Assembly: GCA_965226095.1 (NCBI GenBank)
Contig: OZ245336.1
Location: forward strand, 74,919-138,918
Source: Bdellovibrionales bacterium
Lineage (GTDB): Bacteria > Bdellovibrionota > Bdellovibrionia > Bdellovibrionales > UBA1609
Direction: 5' to 3'
DNA length: 64,000 nucleotides
Part shown: positions 25,965 to 37,764 of the stretch, in pieces
Position numbering within the stretch: position 1 is the first letter of the stretch
Layout of the letters: every line of letters begins with the position of its first letter
The notes under the pieces: model-generated
Seen by the model: only the letters and a program-made list of their open reading frames with translations
Database searches by the model: none
What the model was told of the DNA's origin: nothing
Program-made: the position numbers and the translations under genes

Positions 25965-26447
25965 ATGTTTAAATGGTTTTTTATTTCATTCATATTGTTT
26001 TTGACCCTATCTTGCAAAACTACACAAAAACAGGACAAAAACAATCTTGTAGGCGCTGAATCCAGCGACATTTTCTCTAAAGACATTGATACGGATTCAC
26101 GGGGCAGTGACAGCGGAACAATTGAGGGATTAAGAACAGTTTATTTTGATTATGACAAATCCACTCTCTCTGAGGAAACTCGATCAGTGTTAATAAATAA
26201 TGTGGATTGGATTAACTCTCACGCGGAAGTTCTAGCAATAGATTTAGAAGGTCATTGTGATCAAACAGGTTCTGAAGCTTACAACATAGGACTAGGTTTA
26301 AGAAGAGCTGAAGCGGTTAAAAACTTTCTTATAGAACAAGGAGTATCAGCAGATAAATTCGCGGTCATTAGCTATGGTGAAGAAAGACCTTTTTCAGAAA
26401 TTGATAATGATAAAAACCGTAGAGTGAACTTCGTTCCTCAATACTAA
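25965..26447 (+). CDS. pal: Peptidoglycan-associated lipoprotein Pal (OmpA-like domain)
   Basis: Lipobox LTLSC, VYFDYDKSTL and LEGHCDQTGSEAYNIGLGLRRAEAV. Confidence 0.9.
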   Translation: MFKWFFISFILFLTLSCKTTQKQDKNNLVGAESSDIFSKDIDTDSRGSDSGTIEGLRTVYFDYDKSTLSEETRSVLINNVDWINSHAEVLAIDLEGHCDQTGSEAYNIGLGLRRAEAVKNFLIEQGVSADKFAVISYGEERPFSEIDNDKNRRVNFVPQY

Positions 26448-26463
26448 TTTTATTTTGCAGGTA

Positions 26464-26757
26464 ATGAAGCTATTCATCGTTGTTATTTTTTTATGTCTAT
26501 GTGCTTGTGCCGGCCGACCTCCCTTCTTAGAGTACAGTATAGCTTTTTCAGCTATTGAGGCGGCTAAAAAAGCGAACTCAGATAAAAATGCTACTGCTGA
26601 ATGGGTGAAAGCTATTCGTTACTATCGCCAGGCAGAAGAGCAATTTCAAGCCAGAGATTATAACACCTCTACATTTTTGTTTAACGAATCTATCAATTGG
26701 GCAGAAAAAGCTGAAAATACCAGTCGTCTGAAAATGAGTATGGGGGAAGGTATCTAA
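26464..26757 (+). CDS. Small lipoprotein
   Basis: MKLFIVVIFLCLCAC lipobox. I prefer the ATG at 26464 over the TTG at 26455. Confidence 0.6.
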   Translation: MKLFIVVIFLCLCACAGRPPFLEYSIAFSAIEAAKKANSDKNATAEWVKAIRYYRQAEEQFQARDYNTSTFLFNESINWAEKAENTSRLKMSMGEGI

Positions 26758-26760
26758 ATA

Positions 26761-27468
26761 ATGAAATTTTATTTTATTTTATTTCTAGCCTTTTTATTAT
26801 CCGGATGCTTACTCACACATGAAGATATTCGTGACGAAATAGAATCAGAAATGGATGGTCAAAGACAAAAAAATCAAGAATCTTATAAAAAGGTACAAGG
26901 GGGAGTTTCTTCCGTACAAACAAAGGTATCAGAAATGGAAGCCAGTGTAAGAGAACTAAGAGGACAAACTGACTTGGTATTGAACAAACAGGAAACACAA
27001 GAGCAATTGAATCAGGAAATACAAACACAAATTGAAGAATTGAACAACAGTTTAAACACTTCACTGAAAAATTTAGAAGAACAAGTCACTTTGCTAACAA
27101 CAGGATTGGAACAACAAAAAGAAGAAGCAAAAAAACTTATGGAAAATGATCCCGAATACCATTTTAAAGTTGCAAAGGATTTTTTCAACAAAGAAAATTG
27201 GAAGAAAGCTATTGTGTCTTATGAACAATATCGTGAAAAAAATAAAACCGGAAAACTTTTTAAAAAAGCCACTTTTCAAATTGGTCAATGCTTTCACAAC
27301 CTGGATATGAAAAAAGAAGCACAAGTATTCTTTAAAGAAGTTGTATCTTCTTTTCCAAAAAGTGAAGAAGCTAAAAAAGCTAAAAGCTTTTTACCTGCCT
27401 CCAAGCCAAAAAAACCTACTGCTGGAAAAGCTAAAAAAACCACAGCTAAAAAATCTATCAAAAAATGA
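26761..27468 (+). CDS. cpoB: Tol-Pal system protein YbgF/CpoB-like (coiled coil plus TPR)
   Basis: Lipobox LLSGC, a Q/E-rich coiled coil and a C-terminal TPR-like region. Positioned after pal. Confidence 0.7.
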   Translation: MKFYFILFLAFLLSGCLLTHEDIRDEIESEMDGQRQKNQESYKKVQGGVSSVQTKVSEMEASVRELRGQTDLVLNKQETQEQLNQEIQTQIEELNNSLNTSLKNLEEQVTLLTTGLEQQKEEAKKLMENDPEYHFKVAKDFFNKENWKKAIVSYEQYREKNKTGKLFKKATFQIGQCFHNLDMKKEAQVFFKEVVSSFPKSEEAKKAKSFLPASKPKKPTAGKAKKTTAKKSIKK

Positions 27469-28505
27469 AATATACCTTAGGAGTGGAAACCAGTTGTGAC
27501 GATACTTCAGTTGCTCTGGTGCGTGAAGATGGTTTCGTTTCCAGTGTGTTGACCGCTAATCAGCATTCTGTGCACCAACCTTACGGAGGTGTTGTTCCCG
27601 AACTGGCCAGCCGTAACCATGCCGGTCTCCTACTTCCCCTTATAGATAAACTTTTTAAAGAATCCACTTTAACATGGAAAGATGTTTCTTCTCTGGCAGT
27701 TACCAATCGCCCAGGTTTGATAGGTTCTTTGGTTGTGGGCCTAGTCACTGTTAAAACACTTTCTTTGATTGTTAAAAAACCTTATACAGCAATCAATCAC
27801 ATAGAAGGACATATCCTATCTGCTTTTTTATGGGATAAAGTAAATAAAAAATTCAAGGATTTAAAATTTCCTTTTTTAGCTCTGATTGTAAGTGGAGGGC
27901 ATACACATTTATTTGAAGTAAAAGATTTTGGACTGTATCGTATCATCGGAAAAACATTGGATGATGCGGCAGGAGAAGTATTAGACAAATTTGCCCGTAT
28001 GTTGGGTTTGGATTATCCAGGTGGAGCTTTAGTGGATAAAATATCTCAATCCGGTCAAAGAGGAAATTATACTTTCCCAAAAGTATCCCTAAAACAGAAA
28101 GGTTTGAACTTTAGTTTTTCAGGATTAAAAACAGCGGCTGTCCATTTAATTAAAAAAATAAATGCAGTGGACAACAAAAACATTTTAGCTAATTTATGTG
28201 CTGATTTTCAAGAAGCAGTTGTGGATCAAATAATGAACAAACTGGACCAGGCAGTACATCAATTAAACTTTAAACAAGTGATCATTGCTGGTGGTGTGAG
28301 CGCTAACTCTCGTTTGCGGGAACGCGCCCTATCCTTGGCTAAAGAAAAAAATATAAAATTATTTCTACCTCCTCTTCAATATTGTACAGATAATGCCGCC
28401 ATGATCGCCTATACTGGCAGTCAATATATTTTAAATGGATTACAATCTTCTACAGACACTCAATGTTCCCCTCGCTCTTTACCAGAAGATTTTAAAGATA
28501 GTTAA
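27465..28505 (+). CDS. tsaD: tRNA N6-adenosine threonylcarbamoyltransferase TsaD
   Basis: LGVETSCDDTSVAL, NHIEGH and GGVSANSRLR. Confidence 0.95.
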   Translation: MKYTLGVETSCDDTSVALVREDGFVSSVLTANQHSVHQPYGGVVPELASRNHAGLLLPLIDKLFKESTLTWKDVSSLAVTNRPGLIGSLVVGLVTVKTLSLIVKKPYTAINHIEGHILSAFLWDKVNKKFKDLKFPFLALIVSGGHTHLFEVKDFGLYRIIGKTLDDAAGEVLDKFARMLGLDYPGGALVDKISQSGQRGNYTFPKVSLKQKGLNFSFSGLKTAAVHLIKKINAVDNKNILANLCADFQEAVVDQIMNKLDQAVHQLNFKQVIIAGGVSANSRLRERALSLAKEKNIKLFLPPLQYCTDNAAMIAYTGSQYILNGLQSSTDTQCSPRSLPEDFKDS

Positions 28506-28511
28506 AAAGTT

Positions 28512-29372
28512 ATGACAGTACACACTATTAAACAAAAAATGGCGGAATTAAATTTTTACCCTAAGAAAATGCTTGGTCAGCATTTTCTTATTAACTCACA
28601 AAAAGTGGATCAAATTATCTCAACTGTAAAAAATTTAAAACCCTCTTTCATTATGGAAGTAGGACCTGGCCTAGGAGTTTTAACTGAACCTCTTTTACAA
28701 ACAATAAATAATAATTCCAAAGAGCCATCTTTTTGCACTGTGGAGATGGACACTCAGTTATGTGAATATTGGAAAAAACGTGGAGTCACAGTATTGGAAG
28801 GAGATATTTTAAAAATCCAATGGCAAAAGTACCTGTCGCCTGGCTCTGTTTTGGTTGGTAATCTTCCTTATCAAGTGGCCAGCCGGTTAATGATTCAATG
28901 TTGTCCTGGTCCGGATAATTTACAAAATATGATTCTTATGTTTCAAAAAGAGGTCGCACAAAGAATTATGGCTCGCCCCCATCACAAAACTTATGGCTTA
29001 CTCAGTGTTATATCTATCTGCTACTGGGATATTCAGCTACTGACAGAAGCTGGTGTAAGGGACTTTTACCCTTCCCCTAAAGTAGCAGGACAGGTTTTAT
29101 TATTTAAAAAAAAGAAACATGATATTCCACAGCCGGATCAGTTTTTAACTTTTGTAAAACATTGTTTTAGTCAAAGAAGAAAATTTCTCATCAATCAACT
29201 AAAGAAAATAATAAAAGAAAAAAATAACTTAAAACAACAATCAGCATTGGATCAAAAAGAGTATCTTTTAAAAATTTTTAATCAACTGAACTTGTCACCT
29301 AAGATCAGACCAGAACAATTGGAACCTTCTCAATTTATCGCTCTTTACAAGTTATTAATATACCCAACATGA
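28512..29372 (+). CDS. rsmA: 16S rRNA dimethyladenosine transferase RsmA/KsgA
   Basis: LGQHFLIN, EVGPGLGVLT and GNLPYQV. Confidence 0.9.
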   Translation: MTVHTIKQKMAELNFYPKKMLGQHFLINSQKVDQIISTVKNLKPSFIMEVGPGLGVLTEPLLQTINNNSKEPSFCTVEMDTQLCEYWKKRGVTVLEGDILKIQWQKYLSPGSVLVGNLPYQVASRLMIQCCPGPDNLQNMILMFQKEVAQRIMARPHHKTYGLLSVISICYWDIQLLTEAGVRDFYPSPKVAGQVLLFKKKKHDIPQPDQFLTFVKHCFSQRRKFLINQLKKIIKEKNNLKQQSALDQKEYLLKIFNQLNLSPKIRPEQLEPSQFIALYKLLIYPT

Positions 29373-30538
29373 GTATTTGGTTTTGGTTTCTTGTTTTCAA
29401 TCCGTTCATATATATCTTGTAAAAGATTTGCCGCTTGAGTATGGCCTTGTGACTGTGCTCTCATCAACCAGGGGATTGCTTTTTCCACATTTTGAGGGAC
29501 ACCTTTACCTGTAGCGTACATACCTCCTACATGAAATTGAGATCCGGCATGACCTCGCTGTGCTGACTTTATAAACCATTGAAAAGCTTCTTCACTATTT
29601 TGAGGTACACCTGTACCTGTAGCATACATACCTCCTACATTGAACTGCGCATCAATATGGCCTTGATCAGCAGATTGTAAAAACCATTGAAAAGCTTCTT
29701 CACTATTTTGAGGTACACCTGTACCAACAGTATACAAAATCCCTGTATTGAATTGAGCCTGAGCATGACCTTGCTCTGCCGCTTTTAAACACCACCCAAA
29801 AGCTTCCTCATTATTTTGAAGCACACCTTTACCTTCGGTATACATGCCTCCTAAAAGGAATTGAGCTCTAACATTATTTTGTTGCGCTGACTTTATAAAC
29901 CATTGAAAAGCCTTTTCATAATTCTGTGGTACTGCCAGACCCTCATAATACATCAACCCTATATTGAATTGAGCTACAGAATGGTCTTCCTCGGCCAACT
30001 GCATAAAACTTTCAAAAGCTTCTTCATGATTTTGAAGTACACCTATACCTGCAGTATACATCATTGCTACATTAAGCCGAGCCTGCATATGACCTTGCTC
30101 TGCCGCTTTTAAAAACCACTGAAAAGCTTCCCCTTGATTTTGAAGCACACCTTTACCCTTAAGATACATCTCCCCCACATTAAACTGAGCCTGAGCATGA
30201 CCTTGCTCTGCTGATTCCATAAATCGCTCGAAAGCTTTTTCATAATCCTGCGGCACTTCCTCACCTGTATAATACCTGAGTCCTAGATTAAACTCATTTT
30301 TATCAGGATCTTTCTCTTCTATTGTTGATGGCTTGGAAACAGCCTGATTGTGAAGAGTATCTAAAGAATCACTCTGGCTACTATTTTGGCGAATACTGAG
30401 ATCATTATTCTGATGTTCACTTTGTTCATTCGGTGGATTAGACACACTACATGCGATTATTAAGCACACAGAAAAAAGAAGAATCATTGATGAATTCATG
30501 CTTAACTTAAATAGTAGCATAAAATATTTTAAACGCAA
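29345..30538 (-). CDS. Sel1-repeat (SLR/TPR-like) secreted protein
   Basis: About eight repeats of the form AxxWFxKAAEQGHAxAQFNxGxMYxxGxGVxQN. N-terminal signal with LIIACS. Confidence 0.9.
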   Translation of the reverse strand: MRLKYFMLLFKLSMNSSMILLFSVCLIIACSVSNPPNEQSEHQNNDLSIRQNSSQSDSLDTLHNQAVSKPSTIEEKDPDKNEFNLGLRYYTGEEVPQDYEKAFERFMESAEQGHAQAQFNVGEMYLKGKGVLQNQGEAFQWFLKAAEQGHMQARLNVAMMYTAGIGVLQNHEEAFESFMQLAEEDHSVAQFNIGLMYYEGLAVPQNYEKAFQWFIKSAQQNNVRAQFLLGGMYTEGKGVLQNNEEAFGWCLKAAEQGHAQAQFNTGILYTVGTGVPQNSEEAFQWFLQSADQGHIDAQFNVGGMYATGTGVPQNSEEAFQWFIKSAQRGHAGSQFHVGGMYATGKGVPQNVEKAIPWLMRAQSQGHTQAANLLQDIYERIENKKPKPNTHVGYINNL

Positions 30539-30691
30539 AAAACGCAGGTGGATAACGCGTTAAAGTTTAAAAATCCTTACATTATTTTAAACAAGTTGTC
30601 CCATATCTTCATAAAACAAATCAGCAAAGGATCGTTCCAACTTCAATCTAGAAGTTGAATATAATTATTGAAATACTTTTATTTCTTATTT

Positions 30692-31150
30692 TCAAATAGA
30701 TTTATTTTCAAAATAATCCTGAAAAACTTTATGGCTTATACTTTGTGTAAATCCCTTATTTATGAGAAAACGAATTACTTTTTGTTTTTCCACTAATGAA
30801 TGACTGTCTATAGCAGAAAACTTTTTTTCTATCCACCATTTGCATTTTTCTTCTTCTTTCTTTTCATCACAGGCAATCTCTGGTAATCTTTTTTGTCTTA
30901 AAGAGTTGATTATATACAGCCATCCCTTTTTTTTTCGATGTAACTCTTCCGTCCATTGATGGGCTAACTCTATAGGTTCTTTGAGCCATTTCTTTTCATA
31001 AGCCAGAGCAATAGCTGATTCCACTTCAGCCAGTGAAAAATGTTTCAGTAATTTTGTTTTCAACTCCTGTTCGGAGTGATCTCTACGGCTTAAAAAACTC
31101 TGCAACTTTAAAATAACCGGATTATGTGTAGGCTTGATTTTTTCTTTCAT
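30692..31150 (-). CDS. recX: Regulatory protein RecX
   Basis: LSRRDHSEQELKTKLLKH N-terminal repeat pattern and three-helix repeats. 152 aa. Confidence 0.7.
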   Translation of the reverse strand: MKEKIKPTHNPVILKLQSFLSRRDHSEQELKTKLLKHFSLAEVESAIALAYEKKWLKEPIELAHQWTEELHRKKKGWLYIINSLRQKRLPEIACDEKKEEEKCKWWIEKKFSAIDSHSLVEKQKVIRFLINKGFTQSISHKVFQDYFENKSI

Positions 31151-31239
31151 TTATTTCCTTTTTATAAGTATACTCTATACTACATGAGGTATTTTAACAG
31201 CTTTTAAGCTATCGTAAAAAGTGATATATTTTAAAACAG

Positions 31240-31740
31240 GTGGATAATTTGAAAAAACAAAAACAGACCAATAAAAAAACACCGGATGATTCTGATTTTA
31301 TGGTGACAATCAACCGCAAAGCTCGATTTGATTACTCCATTCTCAACACTTTTGAAGCCGGTCTGGTTTTGTTAGGCTCAGAAGTAAAATCACTCAGAAA
31401 CGGACAATGTCAATTGAAGGACTCTTATGTGGTATTTAGAAAGCATGAAGCTTTTTTACAAAACGCCCACATCAGTATGTATAACCCAGCGGCACAAAGA
31501 AACCATGATCCGGAGCGTAGAAGAAAACTACTGCTTCATGTTCAGGAGTTAAAACAATTATTCGGCAAGTTACATCAAAAAGGTTTATCTTGCGTACCTT
31601 TAAAGGTGTATTTCAAGCATGGAAAAGCGAAAGTGGAGTTGGCCGTAGTTAAAGGAAAAAAGAGAGGAGACAAACGAATGGCCATTAAACAAAAAGAAAT
31701 GGATCGTTCAGCTCGTCGTGCTCTTAAACACCATCGTTAA
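31240..31740 (+). CDS. smpB: SsrA-binding protein SmpB
   Basis: NRKARFDYSILNTFEAGLVLLGSEVKSLR. GTG start is plausible. Confidence 0.9.
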   Translation: MDNLKKQKQTNKKTPDDSDFMVTINRKARFDYSILNTFEAGLVLLGSEVKSLRNGQCQLKDSYVVFRKHEAFLQNAHISMYNPAAQRNHDPERRRKLLLHVQELKQLFGKLHQKGLSCVPLKVYFKHGKAKVELAVVKGKKRGDKRMAIKQKEMDRSARRALKHHR

Positions 31741-31759
31741 AATCTTACCACCTGATGTT

Positions 31760-32863
31760 TTATGATCCAGTTTCCTGATGACTATCAAAAGAAATACCAG
31801 AAAGAATCATTTTCAAATTGTTGGGAGAAGTAGCAACACTTAAAGCTGTTTTCTCCGAGATCAGATTTTTTTTAACTAGTTCAGCCAGATGTTGATCATA
31901 AGACTGCATTCCATACGCCATAGCACTTTCCTTAATAATATCCCTGAGAGCTTGTGTGGAATTATTTTTTTGAATGGCTTGCTGCACACGAGTGTTATTG
32001 AGCATGATTTCTACAGCAGGGATGACACCTTTTCCATCTTTTCTATCCACTAATCTTTGTCCAATAACAGCAACCAATACATTAGATAATACAGTTTTTA
32101 ATGCCTCCCGTTCCTCACTCTTAAACATACTTAAGAGGCGACTGATGCTCTCTGCAGTATCCTGAGTGTGCACAGTGGAAAAAACCAAGTGTCCGGTTTC
32201 AGCAGCTGTCAAAGCTGTTTGAATGGTATCTCTTACTCTCAATTCGGAAAACAAAATAATATCAGGATCTTGTCTGAGAGAGGTTTTTAAAGCCATCACC
32301 GGATCAAAAAAGTCCACCCCCATATCTCTTTGAGTAACCAGGCAATAATGATCTTTTATTAAAAATTCAACAGGATCTTCAATGGTAACAATATGTTTAC
32401 TTTTCGTATGATTAATATGATTGATCAAAGAAGCCAATGTGGTGGACTTTCCACTCCCTGTATTACCGGATATAAGAATTAAACCTCTTTGGGCACTGTC
32501 CACAATTTCCACCAGTTTTTTTGGTAAATTTAATTCTTCAGGAGTAGGAATCTCGTAAGGAATACGCCGTACAACGACCCGGATAGAGCCTCTTTGAAAA
32601 GCAATATTAAATCGAAAACGGCCAATACCAGCGAGACCATACCCTATATCCACAGAACCATGTTCGTGCAATTTTTCCTGACCTTTTTCATCAATCAAAG
32701 GACCCACCAGCTCATGCATCATTTTATAATCAATAATGGAAAATTCCTGACTAAGAATGGAAAGCTTGTTATTTTTACGAATAATGGGACGAGCACCTAC
32801 TTTTAAATGTAAATCACTTCCCTTTTGTTCAGCTAAGCTTTTTAATAATTCTTTTAATTCCAT
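31760..32863 (-). CDS. pilT: Type IV pilus retraction ATPase PilT family
   Basis: Walker A GNTGSGKSTT, IEDPVEF and SELRVRDT His/Asp box region. Confidence 0.85.
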   Translation of the reverse strand: MELKELLKSLAEQKGSDLHLKVGARPIIRKNNKLSILSQEFSIIDYKMMHELVGPLIDEKGQEKLHEHGSVDIGYGLAGIGRFRFNIAFQRGSIRVVVRRIPYEIPTPEELNLPKKLVEIVDSAQRGLILISGNTGSGKSTTLASLINHINHTKSKHIVTIEDPVEFLIKDHYCLVTQRDMGVDFFDPVMALKTSLRQDPDIILFSELRVRDTIQTALTAAETGHLVFSTVHTQDTAESISRLLSMFKSEEREALKTVLSNVLVAVIGQRLVDRKDGKGVIPAVEIMLNNTRVQQAIQKNNSTQALRDIIKESAMAYGMQSYDQHLAELVKKNLISEKTALSVATSPNNLKMILSGISFDSHQETGS

Positions 32864-32937
32864 TATCTATTTTTCGGCAAACAGAGCCTTGACATTAAAC
32901 TTTTCTATGCCATTAAACAGAGAATAAGAAAAAATAA

Positions 32938-33477
32938 TTGAAAGGAATATTTTTGTTTTCTAAAAATTTTCAATCTATAAAGCACCAGGTTCAGCAAATT
33001 CGAGATTTCATGATAAAAAACAAGCAGACTTTAGCTCTGGCGGAAAGCTGTACAGGAGGTTTATTGTCCTCTTGGCTTACCGAATGGCCAGGTGCCAGTG
33101 ATTTCTTTTTAGGTTCAATAGTGTGTTACTCCTACACGTCCAAACAACAATTCTTACAGATTCCAAAAGAGTTATTGGATCAGCAGGGAGCTGTTAACGC
33201 AGAAGTCAGTCGTTTAATGACACGAAACATTATGAAAAACTGGGGAAGTGACTGGGCTTTATCTGTGACTGGAGTGGCTGGTCCTGGACTAAATCCTAAA
33301 GATCCTCCAGTTGGAACTGTGTTTTTCGGACTTTCCGGGCCTTTTGGTGAAAAAGTGGAACGAATTTTGCTAGATAAAAAAAACCGTCAGGACATTAGGC
33401 ATCAATCTGCACTTTTTGCTTTGGATTTTCTATGTTCTGGTATCAATATGGGGTCACTTAAAAAAGAGGAGGAATAA
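32938..33477 (+). CDS. CinA C-terminal domain/nicotinamide-nucleotide amidohydrolase-family protein
   Basis: [13 protein letters not shown] and SVTGVAGP. Immediately upstream of recA. Confidence 0.85.
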   Translation: MKGIFLFSKNFQSIKHQVQQIRDFMIKNKQTLALAESCTGGLLSSWLTEWPGASDFFLGSIVCYSYTSKQQFLQIPKELLDQQGAVNAEVSRLMTRNIMKNWGSDWALSVTGVAGPGLNPKDPPVGTVFFGLSGPFGEKVERILLDKKNRQDIRHQSALFALDFLCSGINMGSLKKEEE

Positions 33478-33479
33478 AA

Positions 33480-34541
33480 ATGAGTGAAAGACAAAAAGCA
33501 TTGGACTTAGCGATTACTTCTATAGAGAAGCAATTTGGTAAAGGTTCTATTATGAAGCTGGGTGGAGGTAAATCTCTTTACGAAGATGTACCAGTGTATA
33601 GTACAGGCTCAATAGGCTTGGATATTGCTCTGGGTATTGGTGGTCTGCCTAAAGGCAGAGTTGTAGAAATCTTTGGACCGGAGAGTTCAGGAAAAACCAC
33701 CTTGGCCTTGACAACAGCGGCAGAAGCTCAAAAAGCTGGCGGCACTGTTGCTTTTGTAGATGCAGAACATGCTTTGGATATTAACTATGCCAACAAGTTA
33801 GGTGTGAAAGTTTCTGATATGCTCATTTCTCAACCGGACACAGGAGAACAAGCCTTGGAAATTACAGAAACCCTGGTTCGATCCGGAGCAATTGATGTCC
33901 TCATCGTGGATTCCGTTGCGGCTTTAACACCTAAAGCGGAAATTGAAGGAGACATGGGAGATTCTCACATGGGTCTTCAGGCGCGATTGATGTCACAGGC
34001 TTTACGAAAACTCACAGCGGCTATCAATAAAAGCGGCACTTTGGTAATTTTTATTAACCAAATTCGAATGAAAATAGGTGTGATGTTTGGTAACCCTGAA
34101 ACTACAACTGGTGGAAACGCTTTAAAGTTTTATTCTTCTGTACGTTTGGATGTCAGAAGAATAGCTGCCATTAAAAAAGGTGATCTCGTCACTGGTAACA
34201 AAACTTTAGTGAAAGTGGTTAAAAATAAAATGGCACCTCCTTTTGCTCGTGCAGAATTTGACCTCATGTATGGAAAGGGTATTTCCCAGGAGGCTGAGCT
34301 TTTGGATTTAGCTTGCAAGTATGAAATTGTGCAAAAATCCGGAGCCTGGTTTAGCTTTGAAGGCAAAAAAATAGGGCAAGGTAGGGATATGGTTCGTATC
34401 TTTTTAAAGGAAAATTCAGCTGTGAGAAATAAAATTCAGCAGATGGTACTTAAAAAGTGTGAAGTGAAATCTCCTCTTTTAAGTCCAACACCGAAGACGA
34501 AATCAGGTGCTCAGACAAAGACAGCGCCCACTATACAGTAA
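33480..34541 (+). CDS. recA: Recombinase RecA
   Basis: [20 protein letters not shown] and [28 protein letters not shown]. Confidence 0.98.
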   Translation: MSERQKALDLAITSIEKQFGKGSIMKLGGGKSLYEDVPVYSTGSIGLDIALGIGGLPKGRVVEIFGPESSGKTTLALTTAAEAQKAGGTVAFVDAEHALDINYANKLGVKVSDMLISQPDTGEQALEITETLVRSGAIDVLIVDSVAALTPKAEIEGDMGDSHMGLQARLMSQALRKLTAAINKSGTLVIFINQIRMKIGVMFGNPETTTGGNALKFYSSVRLDVRRIAAIKKGDLVTGNKTLVKVVKNKMAPPFARAEFDLMYGKGISQEAELLDLACKYEIVQKSGAWFSFEGKKIGQGRDMVRIFLKENSAVRNKIQQMVLKKCEVKSPLLSPTPKTKSGAQTKTAPTIQ

Positions 34542-34582
34542 TTATTAAGAGAAAATTTTCGATAAATTTTTTACATGAACAA

Positions 34583-34610
34583 AGAGGCAGAGGATCTGCC
34601 TCTTTTATTT
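34583..34610. terminator. Rho-independent terminator shared by convergent recA and tadA
   Basis: AGAGGCAG-AGGAT-CTGCCTCT followed by TTTATTT. Confidence 0.7.
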
Positions 34611-35147
34611 CGATCGTTTTTTTTGGAAAAATTCTTTCAGTATTTGAGAACTTTCTTCTGCCAAGAGTCCTTCTGTAACAGCTACCTGGTGATTGAGACG
34701 AGAATCATTTGCTATTTGGTACAAAGAATGAATAGCTCCGGCTTTTGGATCTCTACAGGCATAAATGAGCCGCTTAATACGAGCGGCAATAATAGCTCCG
34801 GCACACATAATACAAGGCTCTAAAGTGACATAGAGATCACAATCATCCAGCCTCCACCGGCCTAGTTTTTTGGAAGCCTCTTCAATAGCCAGTATTTCAG
34901 CATGGCCGGTGGCTTGCTTTTTTTGCTCTTTTTGATTAAAAGCAAAAGCGATTGGTTTACGATTTTGCACTACTAAGGCCCCTACAGGGACTTCTGCTTG
35001 TTTTTCAGCTTGTTTTGCCAGCTCCAAAGCTTGTTTCATAAATCTTACATCGTCGGTTTTTATCAAAAATACTCCTTTGCTTTTTGCAAGCTTGTGTTTA
35101 AAAGTATTATCTGATATTGATGAACTTTTGTTTACTGAAAAATACAA
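34605..35147 (-). CDS. tadA: tRNA adenosine(34) deaminase TadA
   Basis: HAEILAI and [12 protein letters not shown] zinc motifs. The true start may be downstream (MKQALELAK at 35039). Confidence 0.9.
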   Translation of the reverse strand: MYFSVNKSSSISDNTFKHKLAKSKGVFLIKTDDVRFMKQALELAKQAEKQAEVPVGALVVQNRKPIAFAFNQKEQKKQATGHAEILAIEEASKKLGRWRLDDCDLYVTLEPCIMCAGAIIAARIKRLIYACRDPKAGAIHSLYQIANDSRLNHQVAVTEGLLAEESSQILKEFFQKKRSK

Positions 35148-35165
35148 TTTTTTAAGGGAGGATTC

Positions 35166-35363
35166 TTGCCTCGTGTAAAAGTGCGTGATGGAGAAAATTT
35201 TGAACAGGTGCTCAGACGCTTTAAAAAATCCTGTGAAAAATTTGGAACTCTATCTGAAATTAAAAAAAGAGAATATTATGAAAAGCCCAGTATATATAAA
35301 AAGAAAAAAACACTGGCTGCTCGCCGCCGTTCTGTAAAAAAGCTAAGAAGAACAGGAGTATAA
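35166..35363 (+). CDS. rpsU: 30S ribosomal protein S21
   Basis: [30 protein letters not shown] start after AGGGAGG. Confidence 0.95.
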   Translation: MPRVKVRDGENFEQVLRRFKKSCEKFGTLSEIKKREYYEKPSIYKKKKTLAARRRSVKKLRRTGV

Positions 35364-35365
35364 TA

Positions 35366-35821
35366 ATGCCTGCCGCTTTAAAAGATCAAATTATGGCTGA
35401 CATGAAATCAGCTATGAAAAATAGAGATCAATCCCGCCTCCAAGCTTTAAAGTTGGTGTATGCAGAATGTAAAAATCAGGAAATTGAACTTCAAAAAGAA
35501 CTAACGGATGTTCAAATTATATCTGTTTTAAAAAAACAAATTAAACATTATGAAGAAAGTATCGAGCAATTTAAACAAGCCGGTCGATCAGAAGATGCAA
35601 AAGATCAGGTGCAAAGACGAGAGATGATTCATGCTTATCTTCCTGAACCTCTTTCCATGGAGGAATTAAAAAAAATTGTGGATGAAATAATTGTTGAATT
35701 AAAAGCTGATTCTATCAAACAAATGAGTGTAGTAATAAAAACTGCACAAGCCAAAACAGCTGGCAAAGTGGATAATCGACATTTGGTGGAATTAGTGAAA
35801 GAAAGACTGCAAAGCAGATGA
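35366..35821 (+). CDS. GatB/YqeY domain protein
   Basis: LKDQIMADMKSAMKNRDQSRLQALKLV pattern. Sits between rpsU and dnaG. Confidence 0.85.
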   Translation: MPAALKDQIMADMKSAMKNRDQSRLQALKLVYAECKNQEIELQKELTDVQIISVLKKQIKHYEESIEQFKQAGRSEDAKDQVQRREMIHAYLPEPLSMEELKKIVDEIIVELKADSIKQMSVVIKTAQAKTAGKVDNRHLVELVKERLQSR

Positions 35822-37764
35822 GGAGATTTTCTCCCGATTTTATTGAGCAGGTTCGTTTAGCCAATAATATTGTGGATATTATTGGAGAAGACACTTTTTT
35901 AAAACCTTCCGGTGCAGGAGATCGTTACACCGGGCTCTGTCCTTTTCCTTCACACAATGAAAAAACCCCTAGTTTTTCTGTATCAATAGACAAACAACTC
36001 TATCATTGCTTTGGTTGCAATGAATCGGGAAATATTTTTACCTATCTTAAGATTCGCAAAGGCTTATCATTTGGTTTAGCCGTGGAGGAATTGGCTAGGC
36101 GAGCCGGCATCACTTTACCTGAACCTGAACCATCCAGTTTTGAAGGCAGAGATGCTTTTACACAAGCCAGAACAACACACAGTGTTTATCTTAAAAATCA
36201 AAAGTTACTAAATATTAACCAATTGGCTTGTGAATTTTATGAAAAACAATTAAAAACATTACCAGCTCATCACCATGTAAAAAAATGTTTAAAACAACGA
36301 GGGTTTTTAGCAGAAACCATTCAACAATTTCGTCTAGGTTACGCTCCAAAATCCTGGGATGCTTTGCTAAATTTTTTACAAAAAAAAGAAGCGGATACAT
36401 CTTTAGCGCTTCAACTTGGAATTATCAGAAAAAAAGATGCTCGCCAATACGATTTATTTAGAGATCGTTTGATGTTTCCTATTTTTGCAAAGAACGGCAC
36501 AGAAGTATTGGGCTTTGGTGGAAGAATTATCGAAGAAAAGGATAAACAGCCTAAGTATATTAATAGCGTGGATTCCGACATTTTTCATAAGGGAAAAACT
36601 TTTTATGGCTGGCAGGAGGCTTCTCCTTTTATCAGATCGGCAGGAAACGTATTAGTGGTTGAAGGTTATACGGATTATTTAAGTCTTTACCAAAAAGGTG
36701 TGAAAAATGTGGTAGCAACTTTAGGCACAGCTTTAACAGCCGATCATGTTCGCTGGCTATCCTGGCACACCAAGCAAGTTTTGGTATTTTTTGACGGAGA
36801 TATAGCAGGAGAAAAAGCCGCTTTAAGAAGTTTATCCGTTCTCTTATCTTTTGGATTAGTTCCTCGTTTACTGAAACTGGATGAAGACCTTGATCCGGAT
36901 TCTTTTGTTTGTAAATTTGGAGTGGAGGGGCTAAAGAAAAAAATTAAAGCCGCACCGGATTTATTTACCTATGTGTTTTCCAAAGAATTAAAAAAACATT
37001 CTGCCGGAGCAGATAGGTTCTCTGTGATAGAAACGGCCGCCAAAATTTTAGCTCACACAAAAAATGAAGCATTAAAAAAATATTACTCAGAGTTAGTAGT
37101 GGATAGTTTTGGCGCTGATGAAAAAATTGCAAGAGAAGCTTTAAAAAAAGCTTTGACTAAAGCCCGTCAATACGGCGGTGATTCAGGTTTTTCAGAACCT
37201 TTTATAAACCCTGCATTTACTACTGTTTCAGAGCCTCATACTGCCTTAAGGAGTAAAAAATCATCTATATCAAAGCAAAAAATATTGAATAACCAGGATT
37301 TAGAAGATGAGGAAATATCTTTACTTCATTGCTCTAAAGTGGAATTATACCTATTGCTTTTAGCTATCCAGGACAAGGAATATTATCAACAAATTGCAGA
37401 ATCCGGAATATTGGACAAATTAAATCATCCTGGAGTTATACGTTTATTTGAAATAATAAAAAACCTACAAAAGGAAAAGCAAATGTTTTATTTTAATACA
37501 CTTCCAGAGACTTTATCGAGTTATTTGGCAGAACCAGGAGTATTACAAATAAAGCATCATCCGATTTTAGCCTGTTTATCAACTGAAAAAACAAAAGTGT
37601 TTATTCAAGACTGTATAAATAAAGTGAAAAAAGAGAGAAAATATTTACAAATAAAACAAGTCACTACTGATATGCGTTTAGATATGGAAAATTCAAAGAA
37701 ATATTTAATGAAAATCAGAGAACTGACGAAACGGAATAAAATGGAGATGAAGCATGACAAATAA
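35818..37764 (+). CDS. dnaG: DNA primase DnaG
   Basis: Zinc ribbon [21 protein letters not shown] and TOPRIM EGYTDYL..FDGDIAG. Confidence 0.95.
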   Translation: MRRFSPDFIEQVRLANNIVDIIGEDTFLKPSGAGDRYTGLCPFPSHNEKTPSFSVSIDKQLYHCFGCNESGNIFTYLKIRKGLSFGLAVEELARRAGITLPEPEPSSFEGRDAFTQARTTHSVYLKNQKLLNINQLACEFYEKQLKTLPAHHHVKKCLKQRGFLAETIQQFRLGYAPKSWDALLNFLQKKEADTSLALQLGIIRKKDARQYDLFRDRLMFPIFAKNGTEVLGFGGRIIEEKDKQPKYINSVDSDIFHKGKTFYGWQEASPFIRSAGNVLVVEGYTDYLSLYQKGVKNVVATLGTALTADHVRWLSWHTKQVLVFFDGDIAGEKAALRSLSVLLSFGLVPRLLKLDEDLDPDSFVCKFGVEGLKKKIKAAPDLFTYVFSKELKKHSAGADRFSVIETAAKILAHTKNEALKKYYSELVVDSFGADEKIAREALKKALTKARQYGGDSGFSEPFINPAFTTVSEPHTALRSKKSSISKQKILNNQDLEDEEISLLHCSKVELYLLLLAIQDKEYYQQIAESGILDKLNHPGVIRLFEIIKNLQKEKQMFYFNTLPETLSSYLAEPGVLQIKHHPILACLSTEKTKVFIQDCINKVKKERKYLQIKQVTTDMRLDMENSKKYLMKIRELTKRNKMEMKHDK